The notes beneath the pieces are model-generated. The model was not told where the DNA came from. It ran no database searches and saw nothing but the letters and a program-made list of their open reading frames with translations. Both the position numbers and the translations under genes were made by a program. A stretch of DNA of 57,401 bases, counting the filler, from Dugesia japonica (taxonomy: Eukaryota): NCBI GenBank assembly GCA_001938525.1. It is 4 parts of 4 records of this genome, joined end to end, with 100 filler letters (N's around TTAATTAATTAA, not from the genome) between each part and the next. Parts side by side here need not be neighbours in the genome. Positions count along the whole stretch, not along the records: positions 23,435 to 38,599 come from MQRL01648563.1; 3 more parts are not named here. One strand, 5' to 3'. Position 1 is the first letter of the stretch. The number at the start of each line of letters is the position of its first letter. Positions 25,021 through 37,991 of the stretch are shown in pieces.

Positions 25021-26218
25021 GCTAAATAACCAAAAAAAAAACTTCGTACTCATCATCACATTACCTCTAAGAGAGAATGCATTAAAAATTCAACTGAAAT
25101 TACATTTATCGCAGAAATTATTTCTTTCATTAAACTATAGTAGATATGATAACTGATTTTATATTTTTCTTATTCTACCATTTTATTTATTATGCCAGAA
25201 CTTATTTCTTTCGTTTATTTCGAGATATGCTATTTACTAAAATGGTTTTAGCACTTTAGATTTTTTTCTTTTATAGGATATTTCATTGCTTTCCAATGTT
25301 TAATCGTTTTTCAAAATTACTAACTTTTAATTTCTTCTACCTAAAATTTTTTTATTAATTCGCCCGTTGTTGTTGGATTGGATTTGTTGTACCTATTTAT
25401 TCACATTTCATCTCTTTATTTATTCAATTCCTTTATTCACATTTAACTCTTGTCAGTTAATTTTGTTCATCAATTATATTAATTCATCATTTTATTTTAT
25501 TCCTGTATTATTTTAGATTTTATTTCCTTTTAATTCATATTTCTTTTACAATCAGATTTCATTTCATTTTACTTAGTCATCAATTTAGATTTTATTCATT
25601 TTGTACAATGAAAAATTTTATTTCTTTCATTAAAATTTAATATCCATTTATCTTTTATTCGTCTATTCAATAATGATTTTATATCTTTCGTCCATTTAAT
25701 TTTAATAGCGATTCCTTTTATCTTTAAAAAAATATTTTTTTCATTTATTGTAATAATTTCTTTAATTATTCATCATTTATTATAAGAATTTCTTTAATCA
25801 TTTATCAATTTACTTTAACAGGGATTTATCAATTATTCAACAAGGATCCTATTCTTTTATTTATTTATTCATTTAGTTTAATAGAGATATCGATTATTTA
25901 GTAAGGATTATATTGTTTAAAAAAAATATAGAAATTTTGGGTTTTTAGGATTTTGAAGTTCTAATTTTTCTCTAAATTCTCCAATCTCATTCTCATTTTA
26001 CTGTTTTCATCTTCATATCTAGGGGTAACCTAAAAACCACAAGCATTCTCTTTTCCACGGGTTCAGCTCAACTTCGTGGTATCGAGTCTTACTCATTAGA
26101 TTTCTGAACCCTGACAACAATATCTCTCACATGCTCAGTTAAAATTTGATATCGTACTTTTAATCAAACAAAACCACAAGTCAAAACATGCTATTAATAT
26201 CCATTAATATTTATTTAA

Positions 26219-26572
26219 CTATCTACATCTTCGCCATCCGCCATCCAGATCTACCGCCTGCTCTCTTGTTTCGGTCGATTCTTCTGGCGTTCGGTAATTT
26301 AACCACAATGTTCGCAGAGTGTGGAATATTGTGGCCTCCCGGTCGGCGTAGATCTTAATAACCTCGGCCATAAGGCGGTTGGCCTGCTGAAGAGCCAACT
26401 CCTTCTCCTTTAACTGTGCGAATTTTGACGAGGACCTGTTCAGTTGTCCTTTTAATTGCAGAATTTCATTGCACAAATCGCGCTTCTCATCCTTCCACTT
26501 TTGCTGCGCTGCTACTACATTTCTTTTTAGCATCTTTTCGTCATTGGATTTGTTCACTAAAATTGTAGACAT
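26219..26572 (-). CDS. Uncharacterised 117-aa coiled-coil protein (cassette family, copy 1)
   Basis: Open ATG-initiated, GC-enriched ORF followed by AATAAA (26210-26215). Shares W-x42-A[ED][VI]I[KR]xxx[DE]RE with 37602-37991. Confidence 0.6.
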   Translation of the reverse strand: MSTILVNKSNDEKMLKRNVVAAQQKWKDEKRDLCNEILQLKGQLNRSSSKFAQLKEKELALQQANRLMAEVIKIYADREATIFHTLRTLWLNYRTPEESTETREQAVDLDGGWRRCR

Positions 26573-26859
26573 AATTTAATTGCAATAGTTTTAACTAAGA
26601 TATAGGTACAAAATTAATTAAAAGAAATAACAATCGTAGACTACAATTTCTTACAAAGACAAGAAAAATTGTGTGAAACAAAATTCGTTCCTCAATTTCA
26701 CTTTTACACAAAAATGAAAATAATGATTAAATAAACGCATTTAAACCTAGGACTGCCTCTACAGACACAATTTTTTTAACCACAATGTGACAAAAATATC
26801 ATGTTAAGTAATTTAATAAACAACCCCTTACTTAACAACACTTGTACACATTAATACAT

Positions 26860-27050
26860 TTATTTGATCATTGATTTCACCTTGATGATCACTGGGTCAC
26901 GTACTTCGGTCGTGACCCCAGTGTCATCCATCAGCTGCTCCAAAATCTTTTCTTCGATCTTCTCCATCACGAAGTGGTGTTCGATTATTTGCTGGTTCGC
27001 CGTCGAGAGCTCACGGACAACCGATTGTATTTCCAACTTTTTGTAGTAGT
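26860..27050 (-). CDS. Short uncharacterised helical ORF/exon of the same cassette
   Basis: GC-enriched open frame KKLEIQSVVRELST...; the stop overlaps AATAAA. Confidence 0.35.
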
Positions 27051-27469
27051 TGGGAAAATAAAAATATAAAAATTGAAATTCCAAAAGCTCAAAATAAATT
27101 AAAATATCAATTGTAAATTTTAATGTATATAATACTGTAAATAAAATTGTAAAAATAAATTATGTAAAAATACAAAATCAGTATGAATAATGAAACAAAC
27201 AATTGATTTATGATAAAAGGGTGTATCTAAAAAGAAAAACAGTTTGATAATAAATATAAATATATCATTTAAAATGACGTCTTAACACCACAAATCATCG
27301 TAAATAATGTGAAATTATTTTTGTAGATTAGAAAGTGGTTAAAAACACATTATGAAAACTTTGAATAATTAAATTTAGAAAAATAATTAATTTGAATACA
27401 AAATATTTTACACATGAGATATATAGAGGTTACCAACAATTTTGAGAGAAAATTGAGTTATTTTAAAAT

Positions 27470-27950
27470 TTTAAGGGATTCGATCCCAAACCCTCTGTTG
27501 ATAGCGAAAATTAAAAAGTTGATGTGCGACCAATGGGATTTCGACGTGACCAAATAATTTGATAGGAAATTTGCTTTATGAATTTTATTTGACGAAGTAT
27601 TTTATTGGAGGACTTTTGTAAAAGTCAATATTGAGTATGCTAAGATTTTATTTGTAATATTTTTTTGGTTGAATTTTGAAATTCAATATGTACGTGTGCG
27701 TAAAATATGCTATAAAAATAGTTTCAGTTTTGCATGAAATTGCAGATTTGCCGAAGATTTATGTTAAGATTATTGTGATCATTAATAAAATTTATTCAGT
27801 TGGATCAAATTCAATTAACGTAATTATTATTTATTTGAAGAATTAATTAACAGAGACGCACCTTATTGAACTCANTCAGATATTTAATTATATTCAACTT
27901 GAATAGAGCTCAAGTGTCGTGTTTACCCCGACATAATTGGTGAGCCCGAA
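27470..27950 (+). promoter_or_regulatory. 3' part of a gypsy 5' LTR plus primer-binding site
   Basis: TATAAAA near 27711, AATAAA near 27784, LTR end ...GTTTACCCCGACA at 27933. PBS TGGTGAGCCCGA at 27938 is close to the tRNA-Trp complement TGGTGACCCCGA. Confidence 0.7.
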
Positions 27951-28174
27951 AAGAAGGTGTTAAATTAATTCGAGAAAAGAATTTTGAGGTTTGGAAGCTC
28001 AAAGGTTATGCTAGAAATTTGTTGAAAAGGGAAGCAATCACTTCCTCGAGTTATTTCAACAGTCTGAGCAAAGGGAAACTGTCACTTCCCAGAAATTTAT
28101 TGTAGTAGTTGTAACTACGAATTCAAGNNCCTAGAAACAGAAGGAATCGAATTGTCGGAGAACGACAATATAAT

Positions 28175-28770
28175 TTGAGAAATCGACAAATCAAAACAGA
28201 AGTTAAGATTAATATGTTAAACAATCCAAATGATCCTGGAAAGATAAATGAGAATAATGTTGCCAATTGTCACAAATTGCCAGTTTCTCAATATGGAGGT
28301 GATCCAGTTGAATTTGTGGATTTTATGCGAGATTACTACATGTATAGTAAAGCCTATGGATGGACGGATAAAGTCATGGTTACACGATTACCGTTATATT
28401 TAAAAGGAGCAGCGAGAGATGCTTATTGTCAGTTAGAAGCAGCTCAATTGGATACTTAAGCGCATTGTAAAGATGCTTTAGCAGCAAAACTAGTTAGTGG
28501 TGATGCTGGCTCAATTATGCGAAAAAGTTTTACAATCGAATACAAACTACAGAAGAGTCAGTTAGTGAATTTGCTTTCGAGTTGAGTACATTGGCAGAAA
28601 AAGCATTCGGTTTACGAGAAAATTGGGGAGATCACATTAAAAATATTCTGCAAAATCGAATTCTAACGGGAGTCCACCAAAATATTCGAACCACATTATG
28701 TGTAATGGAATATCAAAATTTTGACGAACTTGTTAAAAAAGCAATGAAAATTGAAATGAATCGTCATCGT
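28175..28770 (+). pseudogene. Ty3/gypsy gag, truncated
   Basis: QYGGDPVEFVDFMRDY...YGWTD...LPLYLKGAARDAY...ESVSEFAFEL..LAEKAF, directly downstream of a PBS. Confidence 0.85.
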
Positions 28771-29138
28771 CACTGTTCCATCTTGTCCAAGTACCCAATT
28801 ATAATTGGGTGGACAAATCCGCGATGTAACCGTTTGAGAAATTAATTTTATTTTCCAAAATCTGCTTGTTCCGTTCAGCCAACTCCCTTTGTTTTATGAT
28901 TATGAGGTCTAATTTTTTAATTAATCTATTTCGTTGAGTGAGATGCCGTAGCAGAGCGCGTTCGTTTTGCCTCTTAATATGTCTCTCTACGAGGAGCTTT
29001 TGGATTAGTCGAGGCTATTTGGTAGTCGTATTCGTGGCACTAAAAATAATGGGATGATGAGTCAACATAACAAAACTAAACAATCAAGATATCGAAGTAG
29101 TTACAGTAAAATTTATTCAAAGCAAAACATTTAAATAC

Positions 29139-29494
29139 TCAATTTCGAGTTTGGGTGGCTTTATCCACCTTTAAAGTCTCTAATGGAATATACTTTCGCA
29201 TTTCAAGTAAGTCGGATACCAGTTTATTCTCACGATCATGGAGGGACCGGATAATGTCCGCAATAGATTCCACCTGGTGTTTACAAATACGCTCTTGGGT
29301 ATGTGAGGCCTCTGCTTCTATTCGGTAACTACGGCATTTATTCTGATACTGCTTTACCTTGGCGTTTGCTGCGGCTATTTTGGCCTCCCATTTTCGTTTT
29401 GCTAATTTGTAAAGATCTCAGGACATATCTTTGTCTTCACTATCCTCTCATATATTTTTCGTAGAAGCAACAGATCGATTCAGGAATGAATGTA
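29139..29494 (-). pseudogene. Coiled-coil cassette ORF, copy 2 (two nonsense mutations)
   Basis: EDSEDKDMS*DLYKLAKRKWEAKIAA...YQNKCRSYRIEAE...IADIIRSLHDRENKLVSDLLEMRK is clearly homologous to 37602-37991. Confidence 0.75.
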
Positions 29495-29754
29495 CTAAAT
29501 AAGATAATGTTTAATTAAATTAGGGGCTACGATGATAAAGTAGACAGGGAAAAAGTTATCTCATTAATAATACATTATGTAGTAATGTCAGATTTACAAG
29601 TTAAACGAAACAAATTATTTACTATAAATATCACCTATGAATAAGACTATGAAAAGGATAAAATGTTTAAGACAGATAGAACAACTCTTTTAACCGATTA
29701 CACGGAAAAACATTTATTAAAATTAACACGGTAAAATGGTGTAATAAGACAAAT

Positions 29755-30094
29755 TCAGTTCGCTGCATTTTCAACATTCTCCGTATTCTCGGCATCTTCA
29801 TTGATTGCCGGTTCCCTTATACCTCAATGCAGGTTGTTGATAAATGTTCTTACTGCAGGTGTTGGGGCATGGGTAATACATGTAAACTGGGTCACCAAGC
29901 TCCGCATTGGACCATTCTAACTTTGATAATTCTGGCGTTCACCGAAATCCTGAATACGCGCAACTACGGCCTCCACTGGTAATAAGTTCGTGCGATTTGC
30001 TAATACGCCAGCTTCCATATTGTAAAGGTTGACATGCCGCCGAAAAATCATTTCCAAGTTCGCCTGTCCCATACTCTTTCCCAGATGACGTTCA
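29755..30094 (-). pseudogene. Second cassette ORF, copy 2
   Basis: IFRRHVNLYNMEAGVLANRTNL is homologous to IFRRLQNPYNRDAGVLVDKSKL in 37110-37304. Confidence 0.6.
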
Positions 30095-30191
30095 CTAAAA
30101 GCATAAACTTAAATATAAATTTATAATTTGGTAGTTGATGAACAAATTTTTCTACAAAAAAAAATTAGCATAGTCAAGTTTTTATCTAAAG

Positions 30192-30392
30192 CTAACAGTT
30201 AGAAAATCGATTTGTCTGATCTAAATCAACATTAGTTCGGAGTGGGAATAACTCTTCAAAGCATCGCAGATCGGTTTTGTCGGGTGACAGAATCCGATCT
30301 GGTGCCAAAATATGACCGATCAGTTGCTTTCGCCGAACCCGTTCCATCTCACTACGAATGAATTTCAAAGTTTGACTTAAGATGTCTGACAT
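30192..30392 (-). CDS. Short uncharacterised ORF within the cassette
   Basis: 66-aa GC-enriched ORF preceded by a TTGTTTTTAG acceptor-like site. Confidence 0.35.
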   Translation of the reverse strand: MSDILSQTLKFIRSEMERVRRKQLIGHILAPDRILSPDKTDLRCFEELFPLRTNVDLDQTNRFSNC

Positions 30393-32905
30393 GTCTTCAA
30401 CCTAAAAACAATTTACAATAGTAAATTAATAATGACAGATCAACCACTACGGGGTACAAGCCCTCATAAAAAGTAAACGGGATTGATCCTCAAATAAATC
30501 ATCAGTGCGATTTTGATGTTAATAGTGAAAATAATGAGAATAATAACAATGTCAATATCAATCTCCCCCCCATGATAATAGTAAACTTAAACATCTTAAT
30601 AACCCCAATGGCAATAATAATTGGTAGAAACCTGTCTAACAGAAGGGCTTTTCACCGGATATAGTGTCTAAATTACAGGTATCAATTTTCCTTGATAAAA
30701 AAATAAAATTGTGATCATATTTCTCACATATTTCTGGTACAAGGTAATGCTCGTGCGATGATTAATAAAAATAAATTAATAATAATATTCATTCATAATG
30801 GTAAGAATGATATAAATGATAATGATGATAATAATTTTAATCGCGCTAATAAAATAAACAAAAGTGTCTAACAAAATCGGTGCTCCGTATCAAACAAAAT
30901 TTTCTACTACTTTATCGAATCCAAACTGTAATTAGCCAGAATGTCATTATGAAAAATCACTCTATCTGCTACTGGAAACGACTCTGAATTGACACAATCT
31001 TAATAATCGCCTGGACACCCATACTCAGTAGTTATTAACAGTAATCGAAATTATTAATTATGAATAGAAAGATAATCATTCCGCACACCGGTAAACTGTC
31101 TACCAGCGAGTCTCGTTTATTGACAAAGAATTGTGGTCTCTTGTTTAAGGAAACAGAAGTATGTGTGAGTAATAACAATTCATAACAGATGAGATTTCTT
31201 AATCAACTAACAAGCGCATATGCGGGTATGCATGCATAGACGAATTATTCATCGTGATAATTTCTGGTCGTTTATCACAATTAACTTTATCAATCATATA
31301 TATTTCTTAATCGTGGAACTAATAATTTTCAGAGTGAATCGTTAAATTTAATCACTATTTGACAAACTCAAAAACTGATAATAATAGCTTGGTATTTAAA
31401 TACAGACGGGATTTATTATACACATCATAATTATTCATTAATGTCTGAATAAAGAAAAATTTAATGAAGTAAGATTTATCATAAAATGTTAATTATTTAT
31501 TTAACTGATATTACATTGATTATAAAAATGACAAACATAAATCAAACTCATATTTACTAAATTAGCTTTAAATTCACTACAACGGTGATGAGTAAATTGA
31601 TTATCTTCTCTGTTTGACCACGGATTAACTTGTCACGTTGTTTTATATTATACAATTAATTTTCCTTTAGTCTTGATAATACTACTGACGTGAATATTTA
31701 CGTTTATAAGTAATAAGAACTGGATAATACGTTTTTTAACGACCTTTTCACTAAAATTTCGGGGGGTTTTTATATGATTTTCTTTGCACCCCAACTCTCT
31801 TCATATTGGGTGCTATTTTTACTCTCTGGTTTGTTGCTTTTGATTGGCACCAGCGTTTAATTTTCTGTTTTTTCTAGAAATTTCAGACTCTTCATTGGTG
31901 CCTATTTTTAGGACACCTGTAACTTTTAACTCTTTGCTTTTTGTTTATTTTCTGGTCACTCATTGGCATATTCTTCCAAACCCTTTCCTGACCCTCTTGG
32001 TGATGGTATGATTTTTCTGTTGCAAAATTCAATTTCCTCGTGGTGCTAGCTTTCCAAATTTTCTTTTTATGACTCTGAGGTTTTCCATAGCAAAGATATC
32101 CTAGAAAAACAGATTTTTATTCAATTACATTTCTTTTTCAGAGTAAGATTAATTAATTTTTCTAGTTAATTAATTATTATCTTTTAGTGTCATTTTCTTA
32201 TTTTCTTAATAATAAATTATAATTCCCTTAATTATAATTATGTGTCGTGGACTTTGTTGATAATAATTGTTTTTTTTCTGGTTATGACAACCTCTCAGAT
32301 CCTCTTTTAATTACTGTTAGTGGTTTGTTTAACAATTACTTTGATTTCGATCTTTTTGTTTTTCTTAATTGACCATTTTTGGAGCCCCTGAATGTGTTGA
32401 CCTCATGATCGGGCGTTTCATCCCAACAATAATAATGATAATAATAATAATAATAATAATACACGTAATGGTTATAATAATTCTGATCCCACTAATAATA
32501 ACAATGATAACCATCAAAACAATAAAGACAATTCTAAATATGATCAAAAGCAAAATTAATAATGATGACAATATTTCATAGTTAATCATATCTTCTAGTC
32601 CTAATAATCAATATATTAATAGATAGATGGGTCGTGATAATAAAAAAAAGAAAACTACAATGTCGATATTAATAATTTGACGATACTAATGATGTCAGCG
32701 TGAAGTAATAGTACTTAAATAATGTTTTAAAGTGGACGATAAGGGCAACTGAATGAAAACTAATATTACGATGTCTATATTCATAATAAGATTCTAAAAA
32801 TTTGTGAATGAGTCTTTAATATACAAAATGTTTAAAATCAATGAAAATAAAATTTTTTTTTAAAAGGTTTTTTTTAATTATAGTCATAATATTAATATAT
32901 TAATA

Positions 32906-32941
<36 letters not shown>

Positions 32942-33802
32942 GTCATATTATTAATAATTTTATTAAGCAAGATAACAAACAAAGTTTATATTTAAATTAT
33001 GATGTTTTCCACCTACGGCCTATTAGGTCTGGTTTCATCACTCCTGGAGCCCAAACGAGTAAAGATTATAAAACTTTCACTTCTTTTATTTTACGAACCC
33101 CTACGGAGTTCTCACAAGATTGCTCTAGTTAAGAAAAATTAAATCATGAGAACGAAACCCTCAACTTGTTCATTTTGTTTTCAGACAATATTAACAATAA
33201 TACGACAAATCCATTATCACATATGAGGCTTTAATATTATATGGTGTAATTCCTAAATCCAATAATTTAAAATAAGATAATAAGGAAAAATTTGATTATA
33301 ACACAAACTATGGAACTGAATTCGTTATGCCAGTAATTAAAATAAACAAAATTGAAGCAATCATAAAAATAAAAAAAATTTTTTTAACTAAGTCGATTAT
33401 AAAAGAAGAACTAAACTATCCACAATAAAATTTCATCCGTAAATTGACTCAAGCTAGATACTTAAAACTACAACGAATATGGTTATCATTGATTCCTAAG
33501 ATTGTGATTAGAGGTTAATTATAAAATAAATTAATTAAAAGTAATGCATTAGTAATTACAAATGCATACAATAAAATAAATTCGCCCGAATTTTATCTCA
33601 TACAAAATTCATTTTCTAATCGCAATGTGTCTTCTCAACTCGTTTGACTTTGGTCTTATTATTCCATCTTGTTTTAACTCCTCATTTACCGTCAAAATCC
33701 TTCGTATATTATCTCGTTAATATAGTCAACTCAAATCGCATATTATCTTTTTAACAACTGTGATAATTATTTTCTTTTCGGCTTCATTTCGTATTTAACA
33801 TA

Positions 33803-34640
33803 TACTGATATGCATAATTTTTGGAAATTTACATATTTTCGTTAAATTTTTTTTACTATTTAGATTTAAAACTTTTTAACTATGTAACATGATATCTGAA
33901 ATAATTAACGTTATACCACAAAATAAAATTTTGTTTAAATCCGAGTTATTACAAAAATGTGAAAAATTAAAATATACCAAAATAATATGTGCATAATTTT
34001 TGGCAACAAGAAATTAAATCCTTCTAAATTTATTTATTAAATAAATTTCCTTGTCTTTTTAATACTTTTTAACACAAGACGACTTCGATATCTCATATAA
34101 AGATTTTTAATAACATGTCTTGAGGCAATATTAATTTGATTGATAACTGTGATCCTTTTTTCTTCCAAATCCAAGCAATTATTAGATTGTAGGTCATTAT
34201 ATATGTCGTTTTATATTTAAGTCAGGGCTCCTCTCTGGTCATTGAATGACTTTAGTATTTGAATCTGTCATAAATTTTGATACCTTCAAATTTTTGTGTA
34301 CTCTGCAATTATCTTCTTGGTAAAAGAAATCGTCTCCATAATTTAGTTTTATTATTGGCACAATCATTTCAGACAACAGTTTCATATATCCGTCTGATTT
34401 AAATGTACCTTTGATAATTCTGAATGCAAACCATTTGGCATACACATAATGCCACCCCCTTTGGATTGTCGTTTATTTCTGATGCAAATCTCTGATTTCA
34501 GTTTATATGTACGCCGATCATCTGGTCCGTCTAAACTGAAACGCTTTTCGTCTGAAAATATAGTTTTTGACCAATCAAGATTTTCGGTTATTCAATGCCT
34601 CACAATTTTAAGTCTTTTCTTTATGCTTGGGATTTAAAAT
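33803..34640 (-). mobile_element. Tc1/mariner transposon remnant
   Basis: WSKTIFSDEKRFSLDGPD, GGGIM, FYQEDNCRVH and PERSPDLNI. The repeated TGCATAATTTTTGG (~33811, ~33989) resembles IR/DR ends. Confidence 0.85.
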
Positions 34641-34779
34641 TATTTGATGTTTGGCTCTTTTATATTTGTAACCAACCCTAGCTATATATCTCTGTACTGT
34701 ACTTTTCGAAACATTTGGATTTTCCAAATTTTATATGTAATTCCAATGTCTGGGCCAGATAGTAATATTATTAAATACT

Positions 34780-34780
<1 letters not shown>

Positions 34781-34847
<67 letters not shown>

Positions 34848-34897
34848 NNNNNNNNNNNNNNNNNNNNNNNNNNNNNNNNNNNNNNNNNNNNNNNNNN

Positions 34898-34958
<61 letters not shown>
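34781..34958. repeat. (AAT)n microsatellite
   Basis: Direct reading. Confidence 0.95.
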
Positions 34959-34963
<5 letters not shown>

Positions 34964-36855
34964 TATATTAAACATAATGAAATCTCCAATTATTAATAGT
35001 GTCGGGGTGAAACACCGGCCAATAAAGAAAAAACAGACAGGGGCCCGAAATCATAATCAAAGTGAAGAAATAAAACCACGAGACTCCAAATAATGGTTAA
35101 TCAATATCAATTTTAATTTAAAAAATACTTACAAATAATTAAATAAGGAAAAATAAGAGGAACCGAAGAAATATGGGAAAAATATTAAGTAAAAATAATA
35201 AGAGATATTAATAATATAACAGATATTCAATCATAATCAAAACATATGAAATATAATTAGATCAATTTAATATCGAAAAAATAAATGGAAAGGGAAAACA
35301 TTAATTAATTAATCTGAAAAAGAAAAATTAATTATAATGATAATCTGTGAAAGGGGAATATATTCCCTCAAAATAATCGGAAAACGTCGAGGAAAAAAAA
35401 TCGAGAAGCCGTCAGCCAGAGAAATTCAATTTTGTTGAACAAAAAGCGGTACCATCATCATAGAGGTCGGAAAAAGGTTAAGAAGATTGGGCCAACAAGG
35501 AGGCAAAAAAAGACAAAGAATAAAAAATCACGAGATGTCAAAAAATAGGCACAAATAAAAGATAAAGGAAAATGCTGAAAAGTTTGAAAATCAGACAAAG
35601 GGCCAATAAGAAAGCTTAGAGAATCTTAAAATAAGGACCCAATACGAAGGAAGTTGGGGTGTTTAAAGAACGCTATAAAACTCTCAGATTATAGTCAAAA
35701 GAGAACACAATACACTCTTGCTTCAAAAAGAAATCTTACAAGCCAGTTATAAAAGCTTAGCCATTAAACTAAATCACGAGAATCTGTTGTGGAAAGCGTA
35801 GAAAATCACTTACTCGAGTTATGATTTGTCCTCGTTGCAGCAATTTTCAATCAAGCAAAATTTTATTTATAATTTATTAGCTGTGTAATCCTTTAGTCGT
35901 AAATACATTATATCTAAAGCTGATTGTTTTCCTTTTGTAATTAGAATAATTTATTGTTATCACTAATTGATGATACAGATTACAAATGCCACGACTAATA
36001 TCCTGTTAGTTGAATCTCAGTTCAATTACTATGACCAGAATCGATAGTATCAATCCACATTCATTGTCATCATATCGTTTTAGCAGGTGTATTTCAGTTG
36101 CTTCATTTATGATGGGTCACCCCACACACCTACTACTGAATACCAAACTATATACATCATCTTGTCATTTTTTATGTAATAACTAACTCGCCTGTTAACT
36201 TGACTCATTAACATATTCAGAGATGGAAAACACTTATCGGAGATAATTTCCCACAAGCAATTAACTGCTTTGCACATTACATTTTGATACCCACTATTCA
36301 CTGAATTAATGACGACTATAACTGATTGTAGATTTGAGTTTTCGGCAGCTAATTCCGGGGAATTTAGAGAATAAACAAAGGAAATCCTACTGATAATTAA
36401 CACAAACCAGGTTTCAATATCTGTTAGAAGATTATGATTAGTCATTATCCCATATATCTCTCGCGCTCCTATTCTTACCGGCTATTAATGATGACACTAC
36501 CGACATTATTGTAATGACAATAATAATTGAGATTGTAACGAGTATCGTTATCAAATTCTTTGATTCATTAACCGTCGTTTTAATTTCACTAATTTTGTGA
36601 TTCATAATATTATTTCTCAGGATAATACTAACAGCTAATATTGGTGCATTTGTCATCATAATTATCGGAATTATTGGGATTGCTAATAGCATTAATAATT
36701 TTGATCATGGATTGTTATTGTTATCAGTATGGCTTTATTAGGAAATATAATTAATAGGGTTGTTATTATTGCCAATTAATAGTAGTCATTTTCACTAACA
36801 TGTAAAATTAGTATTGTGATAATTATTATCAGTATGTTGCCGTTATTATTTATGA

Positions 36856-36856
<1 letters not shown>

Positions 36857-36920
<64 letters not shown>

Positions 36921-36970
36921 NNNNNNNNNNNNNNNNNNNNNNNNNNNNNNNNNNNNNNNNNNNNNNNNNN

Positions 36971-37032
<62 letters not shown>

Positions 37033-37043
37033 TTATTATTAAT
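36857..37043. repeat. (ATT)n microsatellite
   Basis: Direct reading. Confidence 0.95.
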
Positions 37044-37109
37044 TGAGTCATGTTTTAATTTCTGATTAATTTATAATATACCATCGTTTACTCTCTACTT
37101 TTCATTAAA

Positions 37110-37304
37110 GTGACGGAATTCCGATGCCGACTCGTGTTGGATAGAGCCACTAGCCGTACAATATTCCGCCGACTACAAAATCCCTACAACCGGGATGCAG
37201 GGGTGTTGGTGGATAAGTCAAAACTTCCCTCATCGGAGACCGTTTTCCAACGAAGTCTCGACATCGCGGAATGTTTGTTTTACAAACCAAACCCCCGAAC
37301 CTAA
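37110..37304 (+). CDS. Second cassette ORF/exon, copy 3
   Basis: Homologous to 29755-30094; begins at a pyrimidine tract-AG. Confidence 0.5.
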   Translation: MTEFRCRLVLDRATSRTIFRRLQNPYNRDAGVLVDKSKLPSSETVFQRSLDIAECLFYKPNPRT

Positions 37305-37601
37305 TTTCTCCCCGGCCTTCTCACCTAACTGGGAGAATTATTTAGGGGATCATTTGTGATTTTTGTCATCAATGTTCGATGTAATAAGTTTTCATTAAAT
37401 TCTGGAGTTACTTCATTAACTATTAATCTAAGTTTGTCGAAAGTTTCCTATTTAAAAATATCTAATACTCTTACTTTTTTTTATTCTAATTAATAACACT
37501 TCCCATTGAGAAGTATTTTCATTCATGATTTAATAATCGATTTATTATTCTTGCCCGTATTCAAGTAATGAATTAATTTTCGTTATGATTAACTCGTTCT
37601 A

Positions 37602-37991
37602 GTGAATTCATCCCGCAACCGACCAGTTGGTCCCAATAAGAAAGTACGAGACGATAGTGAAGATCTCGAAATGACCTGGGAGGTTTACCACTTGGCAAAA
37701 CGTAGATGGGAGGCAGATATCGCAGCCGAACGTGTCAAATTTAAACGTTATAAGAACCGCTGCCGTAAATATAGACTGGAAGCGGAGACTTCCGTCACGC
37801 TGGAGCGAGCATGGAAAATGCAGCTCAAAGCCTTTGCAGACATCATCCGCCTCCTGCACGAGAGAGAAAGTAAGCTTGTAGCTGATATCCTAGAAATGCG
37901 CAATCAGATTCCTGTAAAAAACAACTTGAGATCGCTAACCGCACAAATAAGCAGCTGTCAAAGTAAATTTCTTAAAACAATACATCGCTGA
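37602..37991 (+). CDS. Coiled-coil cassette ORF, copy 3
   Basis: Open 129-codon frame homologous to 29139-29494 and 26219-26572; AATAAA at 38098-38103. Confidence 0.65.
   Translation: MNSSRNRPVGPNKKVRDDSEDLEMTWEVYHLAKRRWEADIAAERVKFKRYKNRCRKYRLEAETSVTLERAWKMQLKAFADIIRLLHERESKLVADILEMRNQIPVKNNLRSLTAQISSCQSKFLKTIHR

Larger units (their letters stand above)
28820..32428 (-). mobile_element. Cassette-bearing terminal segment, copy 2 (terminus ...GTTTCATCCCAACA at 32428)
   Basis: Colinear inverted homology with 35000-38290 in both coding and non-coding blocks. Confidence 0.65.

Noticed and set aside
27500-32428. 27933 and 32428 ends as the 5'/3' LTR pair of one recent insertion
   Set aside because: Sequences upstream of the two termini do not align beyond ~15 nt.
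32995-33045. Minus-strand GTGATGA...GAAA hammerhead-like motif
   Set aside because: Core C3 is mutated and there is no stem I.
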